Notes under the pieces: generated by a model
Told to the model about the DNA's origin: nothing
What the model saw: the letters and a program-made list of their open reading frames with translations, nothing else
Database searches by the model: none
Shown: positions 49,957 through 59,397 of the stretch, one piece after another
Layout of the letters: each line of letters opens with the position of its first letter
Position numbering within the stretch: the first letter of the stretch is position 1
Made by a program: the position numbers and the translations under genes
Sequence record: DRR378314_1883
DNA: 64,000 nucleotides
Direction: 5' to 3' (one strand)

Positions 49957-50613
49957 ATGGCAAAAAAGAAAACAATAACAGAAAACGACATTATCTCATC
50001 TTATATGGATTATGTCCTTGAACATAATGAAAACCCCAAATCGGTTTATGCCTTTGCAAAAGCCAACAACTTTGAAGAGTCTAAGTTCTATGAATTTTTT
50101 GGTTCGTTCGAAGCCATTGAAAAACATATTTTCGAAGCTTTTTTTAATAATACCATTTCTGTACTGGAAAAAAGCGAAGATTATAAATCCTTCGATGCCC
50201 GAAATAAGCTGTTAAGTTTTTACTACACCTTTTTTGAAAATTTAACGGCCAATAGAAGTTATGTAATGTACTCACTACACCGCCAAAAAAACGGCCTAAA
50301 GGGACTATCGCTACTTTCAGGGCTCAAAAAGAATTTCACCTCCTACATAGAGGAATTGGACATTGAAACCTTGGACATTAAACAGGAACAAATAGATAAA
50401 ATTCAACGTAGAGCACTGCAAGAATCGGCTTGGTTACAATTTTTATTGACCATTAAATTCTGGATGGAAGACACCTCGGCTGCCTTTGAAAAGACCGACA
50501 TCTTTATAGAGAAATCGGTCAACACCAGTTTCGATGTTTTGAATATTGCGCCGCTCAAAAGTGTAATCGACTTTGGAAAATTTCTTTTCAAGGAAAAAAT
50601 GCACATGAATTAA
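49957..50613 (+). CDS. TetR-like transcriptional regulator
   Basis: N-terminal HTH (SVYAFAK...FYEFFGSF), C-terminal FWMEDTS..FEKTD..IEKSV. Confidence 0.8.
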   Translation: MAKKKTITENDIISSYMDYVLEHNENPKSVYAFAKANNFEESKFYEFFGSFEAIEKHIFEAFFNNTISVLEKSEDYKSFDARNKLLSFYYTFFENLTANRSYVMYSLHRQKNGLKGLSLLSGLKKNFTSYIEELDIETLDIKQEQIDKIQRRALQESAWLQFLLTIKFWMEDTSAAFEKTDIFIEKSVNTSFDVLNIAPLKSVIDFGKFLFKEKMHMN

Positions 50614-50622
50614 AAACATTCT

Positions 50623-51933
50623 ATGAAAACAATAGACAATATACCTGTTTCTAAAATACATCGCGCTTCAAAACTGGTGTCCACGGGTGCCAGAGTTGGG
50701 GTAAATTATCTAAAGTATTATGGCGACAAACTAACGAAAACAGAGGTTGAGGCAAGATCACGGCTCAACGAGAACAATGCGGGAGATATTTATGATAGCC
50801 TTAAACAACTTAAAGGAAGTGCCCTTAAAGTAGCTCAAATGTTGAGCATGGAAAAAAGCATAATGCCCCAAGCGTATGTGGAAAAGTTTTCTTTGGCCCA
50901 ATTTTCAGTTCCCCCATTATCGCCACCACTGGTAATAAAAACTTTTAAAAATTATTTTGGCAAACTGCCAAATGAATTATTTGATTCCTTCAACACAACT
51001 TCAGTCAACGCTGCCAGTATTGGACAAGTCCATGAGGCAGCAAAATATGGGAAAAAACTTGCTGTGAAAATCCAATATCCTGGAGTTGCCGAGAGTATAG
51101 CCTCCGACCTTGCACTTGTTAAACCTATTGCTATTAAAATGTTTAACATTAAGGGCAAAGATTCGGACAAGTATTTCAAGGAAGTTGAAGGAAAGTTAAT
51201 AGAGGAAACAAATTATGTGTTGGAAATGGAACAGAGTAAGGAAATTGCTGATGCCTGCTCATACATTCCCAACCTTTTGTTTCCTCAATATTATGAAGAA
51301 TTATCCTCTGATCGAATTATTACCATGGATTTCATGCAAGGTGAACACCTTTCAGAGTTTACAGCCTATAATACCGATCAGGAGAAAGCCAATCAATTGG
51401 GACAGGCATTATGGGATTTTTATATGTTCCAAATACATAAGTTGAGAAAAGTACATGCAGATCCACATCCCGGAAATTTCTTGGTATCCAAGGATGGTAA
51501 ATTGATTGCCTTGGATTTTGGCTGTATGAAAATTATTCCCAATGATTTCTACGTTCCCTATTTTGAGTTGGCCAAACCAGAAAATATTAACGACCAGAAA
51601 TTCTTCGTTTCCAAATTATATGAACTGGAAATTTTACGTGAAGACGATTCCCCAGAGGAAGCAGAATTCTTCACGGAGATGTTCCATGAATTGTTAAGTC
51701 TTTTCACCCAACCATTTCAGGTGGAAACCTTCGACTTTTCAAATAATGAATTCTTCGGAAAAATCACAGAATTGGGACAGCGTTACTCCAAGAGCACCGA
51801 ACTACGCAAAATGAACGGTAACAGAGGATCCAAACATTTTATCTATATTAATAGGACATTTTTTGGTTTGTACAACCTTATGTTCGATTTAAAAGCCGAC
51901 AAAATTAAGATTAACAACTTCAATGGATTTTAA
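50623..51933 (+). CDS. ABC1/UbiB/AarF atypical kinase
   Basis: LKVAQMLS, AASIGQVH, AVKIQYPG, HADPHPGN, LDFGC. Confidence 0.93.
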   Translation: MKTIDNIPVSKIHRASKLVSTGARVGVNYLKYYGDKLTKTEVEARSRLNENNAGDIYDSLKQLKGSALKVAQMLSMEKSIMPQAYVEKFSLAQFSVPPLSPPLVIKTFKNYFGKLPNELFDSFNTTSVNAASIGQVHEAAKYGKKLAVKIQYPGVAESIASDLALVKPIAIKMFNIKGKDSDKYFKEVEGKLIEETNYVLEMEQSKEIADACSYIPNLLFPQYYEELSSDRIITMDFMQGEHLSEFTAYNTDQEKANQLGQALWDFYMFQIHKLRKVHADPHPGNFLVSKDGKLIALDFGCMKIIPNDFYVPYFELAKPENINDQKFFVSKLYELEILREDDSPEEAEFFTEMFHELLSLFTQPFQVETFDFSNNEFFGKITELGQRYSKSTELRKMNGNRGSKHFIYINRTFFGLYNLMFDLKADKIKINNFNGF

Positions 51934-51976
51934 TGTCTGAGTGAAGCTGAACTATTTATCCCATATAAAACAATAA

Positions 51977-53401
51977 ATGAAAATTCTCGTAACAGGCGCC
52001 ACAGGATATATCGGAAAACGATTGATTCCTATTTTGACCCATGAAGGGCATACCGTAGTCTGCGCTGTTCGGGATAAGTTAAGAGCGGATAAAAACTACC
52101 TCGATGATGAAAATATCAGTATAATCGAGGCCGATTTTTTAAAACCGGAAACTCTAAAACATATACCCAAAGATATTGATGTGGCATATTATCTTATACA
52201 TTCCATGTCTAACTCTTCCAATAATTTTGAGCGCCTGGAAGCCGCTTGTGCAGCCAATTTCAAAAACTATTTTTCCACTACCAACCTTAAGCAAGTTATT
52301 TATCTAAGTGGTATTACAAACGAAGAACAACTTTCCAAACATTTACAGTCCAGAAAAAATGTAGAAGAAATTTTAGCTTCTGATTCTTACGGACTTACCG
52401 TTTTTAAGGCCGGTATCATTGTTGGATCGGGAAGCTCCTCCTTTGAAATCATTAGGGACCTGGTTGAAAAACTACCTGTAATGGTAGCGCCAAAATGGCT
52501 TAATACCAAAACCCAACCCTTGGCGATAAGGGATGTATTGGCTTTTTTATCACGGGCAAAGGGAAGGAAAGAGCTTTATAATAGCTCATATGACATTTTT
52601 GGTCCCGAAATTTTGACCTATAAGCAAATGCTCTTGGAGTTTGCAGAAACAAGGGGGCTAAAACGCTATATTTTAACCGTGCCAGTCATGACTCCAAAAC
52701 TTTCTTCTTATTGGTTGTATTTTGTAACCTCCACCTCCTACAAATTGGCAACAACATTGGTGGACAGCATGGGCGTCCAAATTGTTGGAAAGCCCAGCAA
52801 TATCAATGAACTCCTGGACGTACACCCTATAACCTATAAAGAGGCCGTGCAATTGGCCTTCGAAAAAATTGAACAAAATAGTATCGTATCCAGCTGGAAG
52901 GATTCCATGGTGAGCAGCGGCCGCTTAAAGAATAACCTGCACAAATACATCAATGTTCCCCAATTTGGATGTTTTAAGGATTATAAAGAACGAAAAGTGC
53001 AAAATGAACAGTCCACTATCAACAAGATTTGGTCTATTGGAGGTACCACGGGTTGGTATTACGGCAATTTCCTCTGGAAAATAAGAGGGTATCTGGATAA
53101 ATTGGTGGGTGGTATTGGGTTGCGTAGAGGAAGAACCCATGTTTCCGAATTGGATGCTGGGGACGCCCTAGATTTTTGGAGAGTCATTTTTAGCGATAAA
53201 AACGAAAAAAAACTATTGTTATACGCAGAAATGAAACTTCCAGGAGAAGCTTGGTTAGAATTTAAAATTGAAAATGGACTTCTGAAACAAACCGCTACCT
53301 TTCGGCCCCGAGGGCTTGCCGGCCGTCTGTATTGGTACAGCGTGTTTCCCTTCCATGGATTAATCTTCAATGGACTTATCAATAAATTGGTGACCAATTA
53401 G
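51977..53401 (+). CDS. Atypical SDR with DUF2867 domain (YbjT-like)
   Basis: TGATGYIG, YYLIHSM, GSGSSSFE, LDFWRV, AEMKLPGEAWLEF. Confidence 0.9.
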   Translation: MKILVTGATGYIGKRLIPILTHEGHTVVCAVRDKLRADKNYLDDENISIIEADFLKPETLKHIPKDIDVAYYLIHSMSNSSNNFERLEAACAANFKNYFSTTNLKQVIYLSGITNEEQLSKHLQSRKNVEEILASDSYGLTVFKAGIIVGSGSSSFEIIRDLVEKLPVMVAPKWLNTKTQPLAIRDVLAFLSRAKGRKELYNSSYDIFGPEILTYKQMLLEFAETRGLKRYILTVPVMTPKLSSYWLYFVTSTSYKLATTLVDSMGVQIVGKPSNINELLDVHPITYKEAVQLAFEKIEQNSIVSSWKDSMVSSGRLKNNLHKYINVPQFGCFKDYKERKVQNEQSTINKIWSIGGTTGWYYGNFLWKIRGYLDKLVGGIGLRRGRTHVSELDAGDALDFWRVIFSDKNEKKLLLYAEMKLPGEAWLEFKIENGLLKQTATFRPRGLAGRLYWYSVFPFHGLIFNGLINKLVTN

Positions 53402-53455
53402 AGTTCCTTTATATAGTATTAGCCTATACCACCATAAGAAAATAGAATCCAATTC

Positions 53456-53498
53456 TGTTTAACTTATTTTCACAATACTTAAACATTTTGTAGCTTTG
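53456..53498 (+). promoter_or_regulatory. TGTTTAA-N16-TTAAACA operator, copy 2, with adjacent -7 element
   Basis: Operator 53456-53485 followed by TAGCTTTG (TAnnTTTG) at 53491-53498. Confidence 0.7.
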
Positions 53499-53517
53499 AG
53501 TATAGTGCAGAAGTAAT

Positions 53518-53949
53518 ATGATTTTAGAAACCTCACATAGTAACAAAGATATTTCCCTACTTATAAATGATTTGGTTGGGAAACCTTTCAGCTTTATAAA
53601 AACTATTAAAATGAAAGGAACTGTTTCTAAAAGAATGGTTATTGAGGAATCCAGTGATAATATGAAAGATTATCTCAACAGTACTTTTGATGCAACTTAT
53701 GCCAATATAGAATTACGCCCGCTGGGAATATTGGTGAGAATAATCAAAGGTACCATCAATTTTACATGGGTCATTCCATATTATCAATTGGTTATTTACA
53801 AAGGTGACTATAGCAGTCTATATGCCCAGGGGCGATTTGTTAGGTTCAGAAAAGATGGGGCATTTGAACAGAGTAAACCTTTTCTACATAAATTGATGAA
53901 ACAAAAAGCTAAATATGAGTCAAAATATGATTTTTTAAATTTCAAATGA
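53518..53949 (+). CDS. Conserved hypothetical protein
   Basis: 143-aa ORF (ANIELRPLGI, WVIPYYQL) heading an operon. Confidence 0.75.
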   Translation: MILETSHSNKDISLLINDLVGKPFSFIKTIKMKGTVSKRMVIEESSDNMKDYLNSTFDATYANIELRPLGILVRIIKGTINFTWVIPYYQLVIYKGDYSSLYAQGRFVRFRKDGAFEQSKPFLHKLMKQKAKYESKYDFLNFK

Positions 53950-54218
53950 GTTTGAGCGAAAGGGATATAGACCGTATTATTGAAATGGCCTGGGAAGACA
54001 GAACTCCATTTGAAGCCATAAGCTATCAGTTCTCTATGCGTGAGCAAGAAGTAATTAAGCTTATGCGACGGGAAATGAAACCAAGTAGTTTTAAAATGTG
54101 GCGCCAACGCGTTCAAGGGCGGGCCACCAAACATCAAAAATTAAGAACTTTTGTAGAAGGTCGTTTTAAATGTTCTAGACAAAAACAGATTACACATAAC
54201 TCAATTTCAAAACGATAA
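53946..54218 (+). CDS. TIGR03643/DUF2805 family protein
   Basis: RIIEMAWEDRTPFEAI...SSFKMWRQRV signature. Confidence 0.9.
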   Translation: MSLSERDIDRIIEMAWEDRTPFEAISYQFSMREQEVIKLMRREMKPSSFKMWRQRVQGRATKHQKLRTFVEGRFKCSRQKQITHNSISKR

Positions 54219-54272
54219 AAGTGCTTTGACTTATGGGATGAGTACATAAGTACAGCACACTAAAAAGATATT

Positions 54273-54971
54273 ATGAATATAGATACCTTAACCCTAAACA
54301 AAAAAAACGGACATAAATTAAATGGTTTCACCCATGAGGATATCGGCGACGACCACCTCTATACAGGTTTGGAAACCCCAATGAAACCAGATGCCTTTAA
54401 ACTTTCGGACACAGAAAAAAAACAACGTATTGCTTTATTATTTCAGGAGATTATGGATATCATGGGATTGGATCTTACAGATGATTCCCTGAAAGGTACT
54501 CCTGAGCGAGTTGCCAAGATGTATATCGATGAGATTTTCTCTGGTTTAAATCCGGCAAACAAACCAAAAATAGCATTATTCGATAATAAATATCAGTACA
54601 ATCAAATGTTGGTGGAAAAGAACATTACTTTCTATTCCAACTGCGAACACCACTTTGTACCCATCATTGGAAAAGCACATGTGGCCTATATCTCTTCCGG
54701 AAAAGTAATAGGCCTGTCCAAGTTGAACAGAATTGTACAGTATTATGCCAAAAGGCCACAGGTACAGGAACGCCTTACCAATCAAATCGCAGAGGATTTG
54801 AAACGTATTTTAGGCACTGACGACGTTGCGGTAATTATAGATGCCAAACACCTTTGTGTGTCATCAAGGGGCATTAAAGATGAAACATCCGCAACCGTAA
54901 CCTCCTATTATGGAGGTAAATTTAACACTCCATCAAAAGTAGCAGAATTACAAAACTATCTTAAAAATTAA
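54273..54971 (+). CDS. folE: GTP cyclohydrolase I
   Basis: TPERVAKM, CEHHF, GLSKLNR, PQVQERLT, HLCVSSRG. Confidence 0.97.
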   Translation: MNIDTLTLNKKNGHKLNGFTHEDIGDDHLYTGLETPMKPDAFKLSDTEKKQRIALLFQEIMDIMGLDLTDDSLKGTPERVAKMYIDEIFSGLNPANKPKIALFDNKYQYNQMLVEKNITFYSNCEHHFVPIIGKAHVAYISSGKVIGLSKLNRIVQYYAKRPQVQERLTNQIAEDLKRILGTDDVAVIIDAKHLCVSSRGIKDETSATVTSYYGGKFNTPSKVAELQNYLKN

Positions 54972-54975
54972 TCTT

Positions 54976-55206
54976 ATGGACCTCATTAACGAAGCATTGG
55001 AATTTGAACAAAGAAAACTAAAATCGCTCTCCACCAGCGACAGAATTGAAATTTCGAGGAAAGCAAAAGCGCTAATCCTGGGACTGAATGAAATTTATAA
55101 AAGCAAGAAGGATGACAAGATTATGGATATCATGAAACGCCTGACCGCCATAAAACGTAAAGTAGAAAAAAGGCTGAAAGGCAAACATTTGGTTACCAAT
55201 ATTTAA
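54976..55206 (+). CDS. Small basic hypothetical protein
   Basis: 76-aa ORF tightly packed between folE and the SDR gene. Confidence 0.7.
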   Translation: MDLINEALEFEQRKLKSLSTSDRIEISRKAKALILGLNEIYKSKKDDKIMDIMKRLTAIKRKVEKRLKGKHLVTNI

Positions 55207-55216
55207 TTCAAAAAAA

Positions 55217-55900
55217 ATGAAGACAATAGTCATTGTAGGAGGCAGTAAGGGAATAGGAAAAGCTATTGTTGGTAATTTGGTAGATTCCCATAAAGTAATC
55301 AATCTTAGTAGGACGGAACCTGAATATACTCACGGAAACCTAACACATTACAATGTTGATATCCTTAAGGATGATTTGCCTGAAATTACCGCACTGGATG
55401 CCATAGTGTACTGTCCCGGAAGCATCAATCTAAAACCTATTTCGCGTTTAAGTTTGGAAGACTTTAGGGATGATTTTGAAATAAATGTTATTGGTGCCGT
55501 CAAGGCCATTCAAAAGTATTTGGATGTATTAAAAAAAGGGCAACACCCATCAGTGTTACTTTTTAGCACTGTGGCCTCCAAATTAGGAATGCCGTACCAC
55601 GCCAGTATTGCCACAGCCAAATCTGGCGTGGATGGTTTGGTGAAATCCCTAGGTGCCGAATTGGCGCCCACGATACGTATTAATGCCATTGCACCTACGG
55701 TTACTGATACCGAATTGGCTTCGAAACTTCTGCGCAATGAAAAGATGATCGAAAATATTAAAGAACGTCATCCTTTAAAGAAATTCCTAGATCCCAAGGA
55801 AGTAGCGGGAATGGCCGAATTTCTATTGTCTGAAAAAGCATCCTCGATCTCAGGTCAAATATTTGAAATGGACTATGGAATTGTAACATTTAAAATTTAA
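55217..55900 (+). CDS. Atypical SDR oxidoreductase
   Basis: GGSKGIG, PGSINLKP; catalytic segment HASIATAK has Ile where YxxxK has Tyr. Confidence 0.85.
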   Translation: MKTIVIVGGSKGIGKAIVGNLVDSHKVINLSRTEPEYTHGNLTHYNVDILKDDLPEITALDAIVYCPGSINLKPISRLSLEDFRDDFEINVIGAVKAIQKYLDVLKKGQHPSVLLFSTVASKLGMPYHASIATAKSGVDGLVKSLGAELAPTIRINAIAPTVTDTELASKLLRNEKMIENIKERHPLKKFLDPKEVAGMAEFLLSEKASSISGQIFEMDYGIVTFKI

Positions 55901-55903
55901 TGT

Positions 55904-56446
55904 ATGAACCCCTTCAAAACATTTGCCGCAACCTTATTCACCAGTTCCAAACCCAAGGAAAAGATGGATCGGCAATCCATATATGATGTCAAAATAAACA
56001 GCCTAAGCGGTGCGCACATAAATTTGAAAGACTTTGAGGGAAAGTATATCCTTTTTGTAAATGTGGCTTCAAAATGTGGCTTTACCCCCCAATACAAGCA
56101 ATTACAGGAACTCCAAGATTCCTATAAAAACACTCTAGTGGTTATAGGATTGCCCTGTAATCAATTTGGAGGCCAAGAACCAGGTAGCCCTGCAGATATT
56201 GAAACATTTTGTGAAGTAAATTATGGGGTAAAATTCTTAATGACCGAAAAGATCGATGTTAAAGGAAAAAACCAACACCCCTTATACAGATGGCTTACTA
56301 ACAAAGATGTAAATGGCCATAAAAATTCTACAGTGAAATGGAATTTTCAAAAATATCTAGTGGACGAAATGGGGAATTTAGTCGATTATTTCTTTTCCAA
56401 CACCAATCCCATGAGTTCTAAAATAACTAAATTCTTAATAAAATAA
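55904..56446 (+). CDS. Glutathione peroxidase family (Cys-type)
   Basis: NVASKCGFT, PCNQFGGQEPG, WNFQKYL. Confidence 0.95.
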   Translation: MNPFKTFAATLFTSSKPKEKMDRQSIYDVKINSLSGAHINLKDFEGKYILFVNVASKCGFTPQYKQLQELQDSYKNTLVVIGLPCNQFGGQEPGSPADIETFCEVNYGVKFLMTEKIDVKGKNQHPLYRWLTNKDVNGHKNSTVKWNFQKYLVDEMGNLVDYFFSNTNPMSSKITKFLIK

Positions 56447-56448
56447 TC

Positions 56449-56619
56449 ATGTTCGGAATATTCAAAAACAAATCCAAGGAAGAAAAACTTCAAGAAAAAT
56501 ACAATGGACTTATGAAGGAGTGGCATACACTTTCCAGCATCAACCGATCTGAAAGCGACAAAAAGTATGCAGAAGCCCAGGAAGTCCTAGAGGAACTAGT
56601 GGCCCTGCAAAAAAATTGA
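56449..56619 (+). CDS. Lacal_2735-like small protein (56 aa, not in ORF track)
   Basis: Own translation MFGIFKNKSKEEKLQEKYNGLMKEWHTLSSINRSESDKKYAEAQEVLEELVALQKN, starting 2 nt after the peroxidase stop. Confidence 0.8.
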   Translation: MFGIFKNKSKEEKLQEKYNGLMKEWHTLSSINRSESDKKYAEAQEVLEELVALQKN

Positions 56620-57114
56620 GTAAACTTTTAGGTCAACTATTCACTTCATGCCCTTAAAGCATGGACCACTTCCTCTAACTTGAAATAAACAAAGATAGTT
56701 TCCCTTTGAACTACATCCATACCCTCTTCATACTACAACAGGCCATGAACCAAAAGTCTGTTTTTACTCCTGTATACCAGTTATAGATTACCCTATTGCT
56801 GCAGTTAGCTTTTTGCCCCTAAAATGACATTGTATCCGTTGCAGGCACAAAAAAAGAAAGTACCATAATACCTTCTACTGCCATTAAAATTTGTTCATTT
56901 CCCAAGTCGAAAAAAAGTGTTCCACAATCCCGAAAGAACAGTTAAGATTTAACCTCCTAATTCAACTTAGTTTATGCGTTACAATACCTTTGCATTTTCC
57001 AACATCTCTGGATGAATCCAATAGAAATGGGATTGACATGTTATAGAAATAATAGGCATAAATAGTTTATCTTTAGTACATATAGCCCAAAACCAACCAT
57101 AAAACCGGGAACAA

Positions 57115-59376
57115 ATGAAGTATTGCTTACATTTGACCTTACTTTTTTTATCTTCCATTATTTATGCCCAAAATCTACCGGGCACAAAATTGAAGATCAA
57201 AAAGTTCCATGGCGACATCGTGCTGGACGGGGTTCTGGATGAAAATGCCTGGAAGGAAGCCGACGTAGCTGATGATTGGTATCAAAACTTTCCGGTAGAT
57301 AGTTTGCCCTCCCCTTTTCAAACAGAGGCTCGGATGACTTACAACGACGAGTTTCTATATGTATCCTTTGTATGTTATGACGATGACACGCCAGATGTAG
57401 TGAGCACCCTTAGAAGGGATTTTAGTTACGCCATCAACGATAATGTTTCCTTTATATTTGGACCGTACAATGACCGTTTAAACGGGTATTTCTTTAATGT
57501 AACTGCCATAGGGGCTCAGAGAGAGGGAACTGTATCCAGTGGCGGAAATGGAGAAAACGCCTTCAATATATATTGGGACAATAAGTGGTACTCCAAGGTT
57601 GTAAGATACGAGGACAAGTGGATTGCCGAATTGGCAATCCCGTTCAAAAGTTTTAAATACAAGAGCGATGTTAAGGAATGGAACGTTACTTTTGATCGTT
57701 TGGATAAAAAACGGAATATAAAGTCGGCCTGGGTACGTACACCACGACAATTCTATACCGGTACCTTTGCCTATGCGGGGCAGCTTATTTGGGAGGGTCC
57801 TATTCCCAAAGCCAGTTCCAACATTTCACTTATCCCTTATATCTCTGGAGGTGCATTCGAAGATAGGGAGGTAGACCCAACAGATTCCTCAACAGAACTA
57901 CAGACTGGATTCGATGCCAAAGTAAGCATTAGCCCATCAATGAATTTAGACCTTACGGTGAATCCCGATTTCTCCCAAATAGAAGTTGATGAACAAATAC
58001 TAAATTTATCAAGGTTCGAATTTAGGTTCCCGGAACGCAGACAATTTTTCCTAGAAAATAGCGACCTTTTTGACAATGCCGGTTTTGATTCGGCCAGACC
58101 CTTTTTCTCCAGACGTATCGGTATTATCCAGGATTCTACCGGAATTCCCCAGAAAGTACCTATAATGTATGGGGCTAGACTTAGTGGAACTATAAACGAA
58201 AAATGGCGCTTAGGGGTCATGAATATGCATACAAAGAAAATGTTGGAATTGGGATTACCTGCCCAAAACTATACCGTGGCCACGGTTCAAAGAATGTTTC
58301 ACGAACAATCCAGTTTTTCCATGACCTTTGTCAACAAAGAAAGTTTGGGGGTAACGGAAAGTGATTCCCTGAAATATTACCACCCTAGTATTTTTGGCAG
58401 ACCTACCTTGGAAGATCGCCTTAGGCCCAACACTTATAATAGGGTCCTTGATGCCGATTTAGTACTGAGAAGTAAGGATAACAGGTGGTACCACAGTTCG
58501 TTCCTGGCACAATCCTTCGACAATAGAAACAAAGCCAAGACCATGTCCGGTTCAGCCTTCTTTCAATATTCGGACCGTAGTCTTTTGGCTAATTTGGGAG
58601 CCTTCTTTGTTGATAAAAACTTTAATGCCGAAGTTGGTTATGTACCGGGAAGTATGGTATATCCAGGACAAATGGGCTATTATTCCGAAGTAGCCTACAA
58701 AATTTACCCTGAGAACAACAGTTTACTTTATTCAGGGCCCCAAGCCAGAATAAATGACACTTATTTACCTAATGGTAATTTGGTAGACAGGGAATTTGCC
58801 ATAGGCTACGTATTCAATTTTAAAAATTCTGCAAACCTAACCTTCGATTTAGCCCATATTTTTCAACAATTGACCTTTGATTTTAATCCTGTAAACAATG
58901 TGGAATCCAGAAAATTTTTGGAAGGCGAGGAATATCGTTGGAATACTATTTCTGCTTCCTATCAAAGTAACACGGTGAAGAAAATGAATTTCCTATTAAA
59001 TTCAACTTATGGCGGATTTTACAATGGCACCAATCTAAATATATCCGGGCAGCTGGATATGCGCTTTCAACCCTACGTAAATATTGCCATGCGTTTTGAC
59101 TATAATAATCTTAAATTGGATGAAGATTATGGTGAAGCAGAGTTATTTCTTTTAGGACCAAAGTTGGATGTTACCTTTACGGATAAGCTTTTCTTTACGG
59201 GTTATTACCAGTACAATAATTTAACGGACAACATGAATTTGAATGCTAGGTTTCAATGGCGATATAAACCGGCTTCAGATTTCTATATCGTTTATACCGA
59301 AAATTATTTTCCTTCCAATTTTACGAGCAAGAATAGGGCTTTGGTATTTAAACTTACCTATTGGATAAATCTTTAA
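57115..59376 (+). CDS. CBM9-like plus DUF5916 outer-membrane protein
   Basis: Signal peptide, LDGVLDENAW, WIAELAIPF, TVNPDFSQIE, PERRQFFLE, FFSRRIG, C-terminal KLTYW. Confidence 0.85.
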   Translation: MKYCLHLTLLFLSSIIYAQNLPGTKLKIKKFHGDIVLDGVLDENAWKEADVADDWYQNFPVDSLPSPFQTEARMTYNDEFLYVSFVCYDDDTPDVVSTLRRDFSYAINDNVSFIFGPYNDRLNGYFFNVTAIGAQREGTVSSGGNGENAFNIYWDNKWYSKVVRYEDKWIAELAIPFKSFKYKSDVKEWNVTFDRLDKKRNIKSAWVRTPRQFYTGTFAYAGQLIWEGPIPKASSNISLIPYISGGAFEDREVDPTDSSTELQTGFDAKVSISPSMNLDLTVNPDFSQIEVDEQILNLSRFEFRFPERRQFFLENSDLFDNAGFDSARPFFSRRIGIIQDSTGIPQKVPIMYGARLSGTINEKWRLGVMNMHTKKMLELGLPAQNYTVATVQRMFHEQSSFSMTFVNKESLGVTESDSLKYYHPSIFGRPTLEDRLRPNTYNRVLDADLVLRSKDNRWYHSSFLAQSFDNRNKAKTMSGSAFFQYSDRSLLANLGAFFVDKNFNAEVGYVPGSMVYPGQMGYYSEVAYKIYPENNSLLYSGPQARINDTYLPNGNLVDREFAIGYVFNFKNSANLTFDLAHIFQQLTFDFNPVNNVESRKFLEGEEYRWNTISASYQSNTVKKMNFLLNSTYGGFYNGTNLNISGQLDMRFQPYVNIAMRFDYNNLKLDEDYGEAELFLLGPKLDVTFTDKLFFTGYYQYNNLTDNMNLNARFQWRYKPASDFYIVYTENYFPSNFTSKNRALVFKLTYWINL

Positions 59377-59397
59377 GCCGCCTATTTTCTTTCTCTA

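Noticed and set aside
56620-57114. About 500-bp intergenic stretch as ncRNA or gene remnant
   Set aside because: No recognisable RNA motif, strong hairpin series or interpretable reading frame by eye
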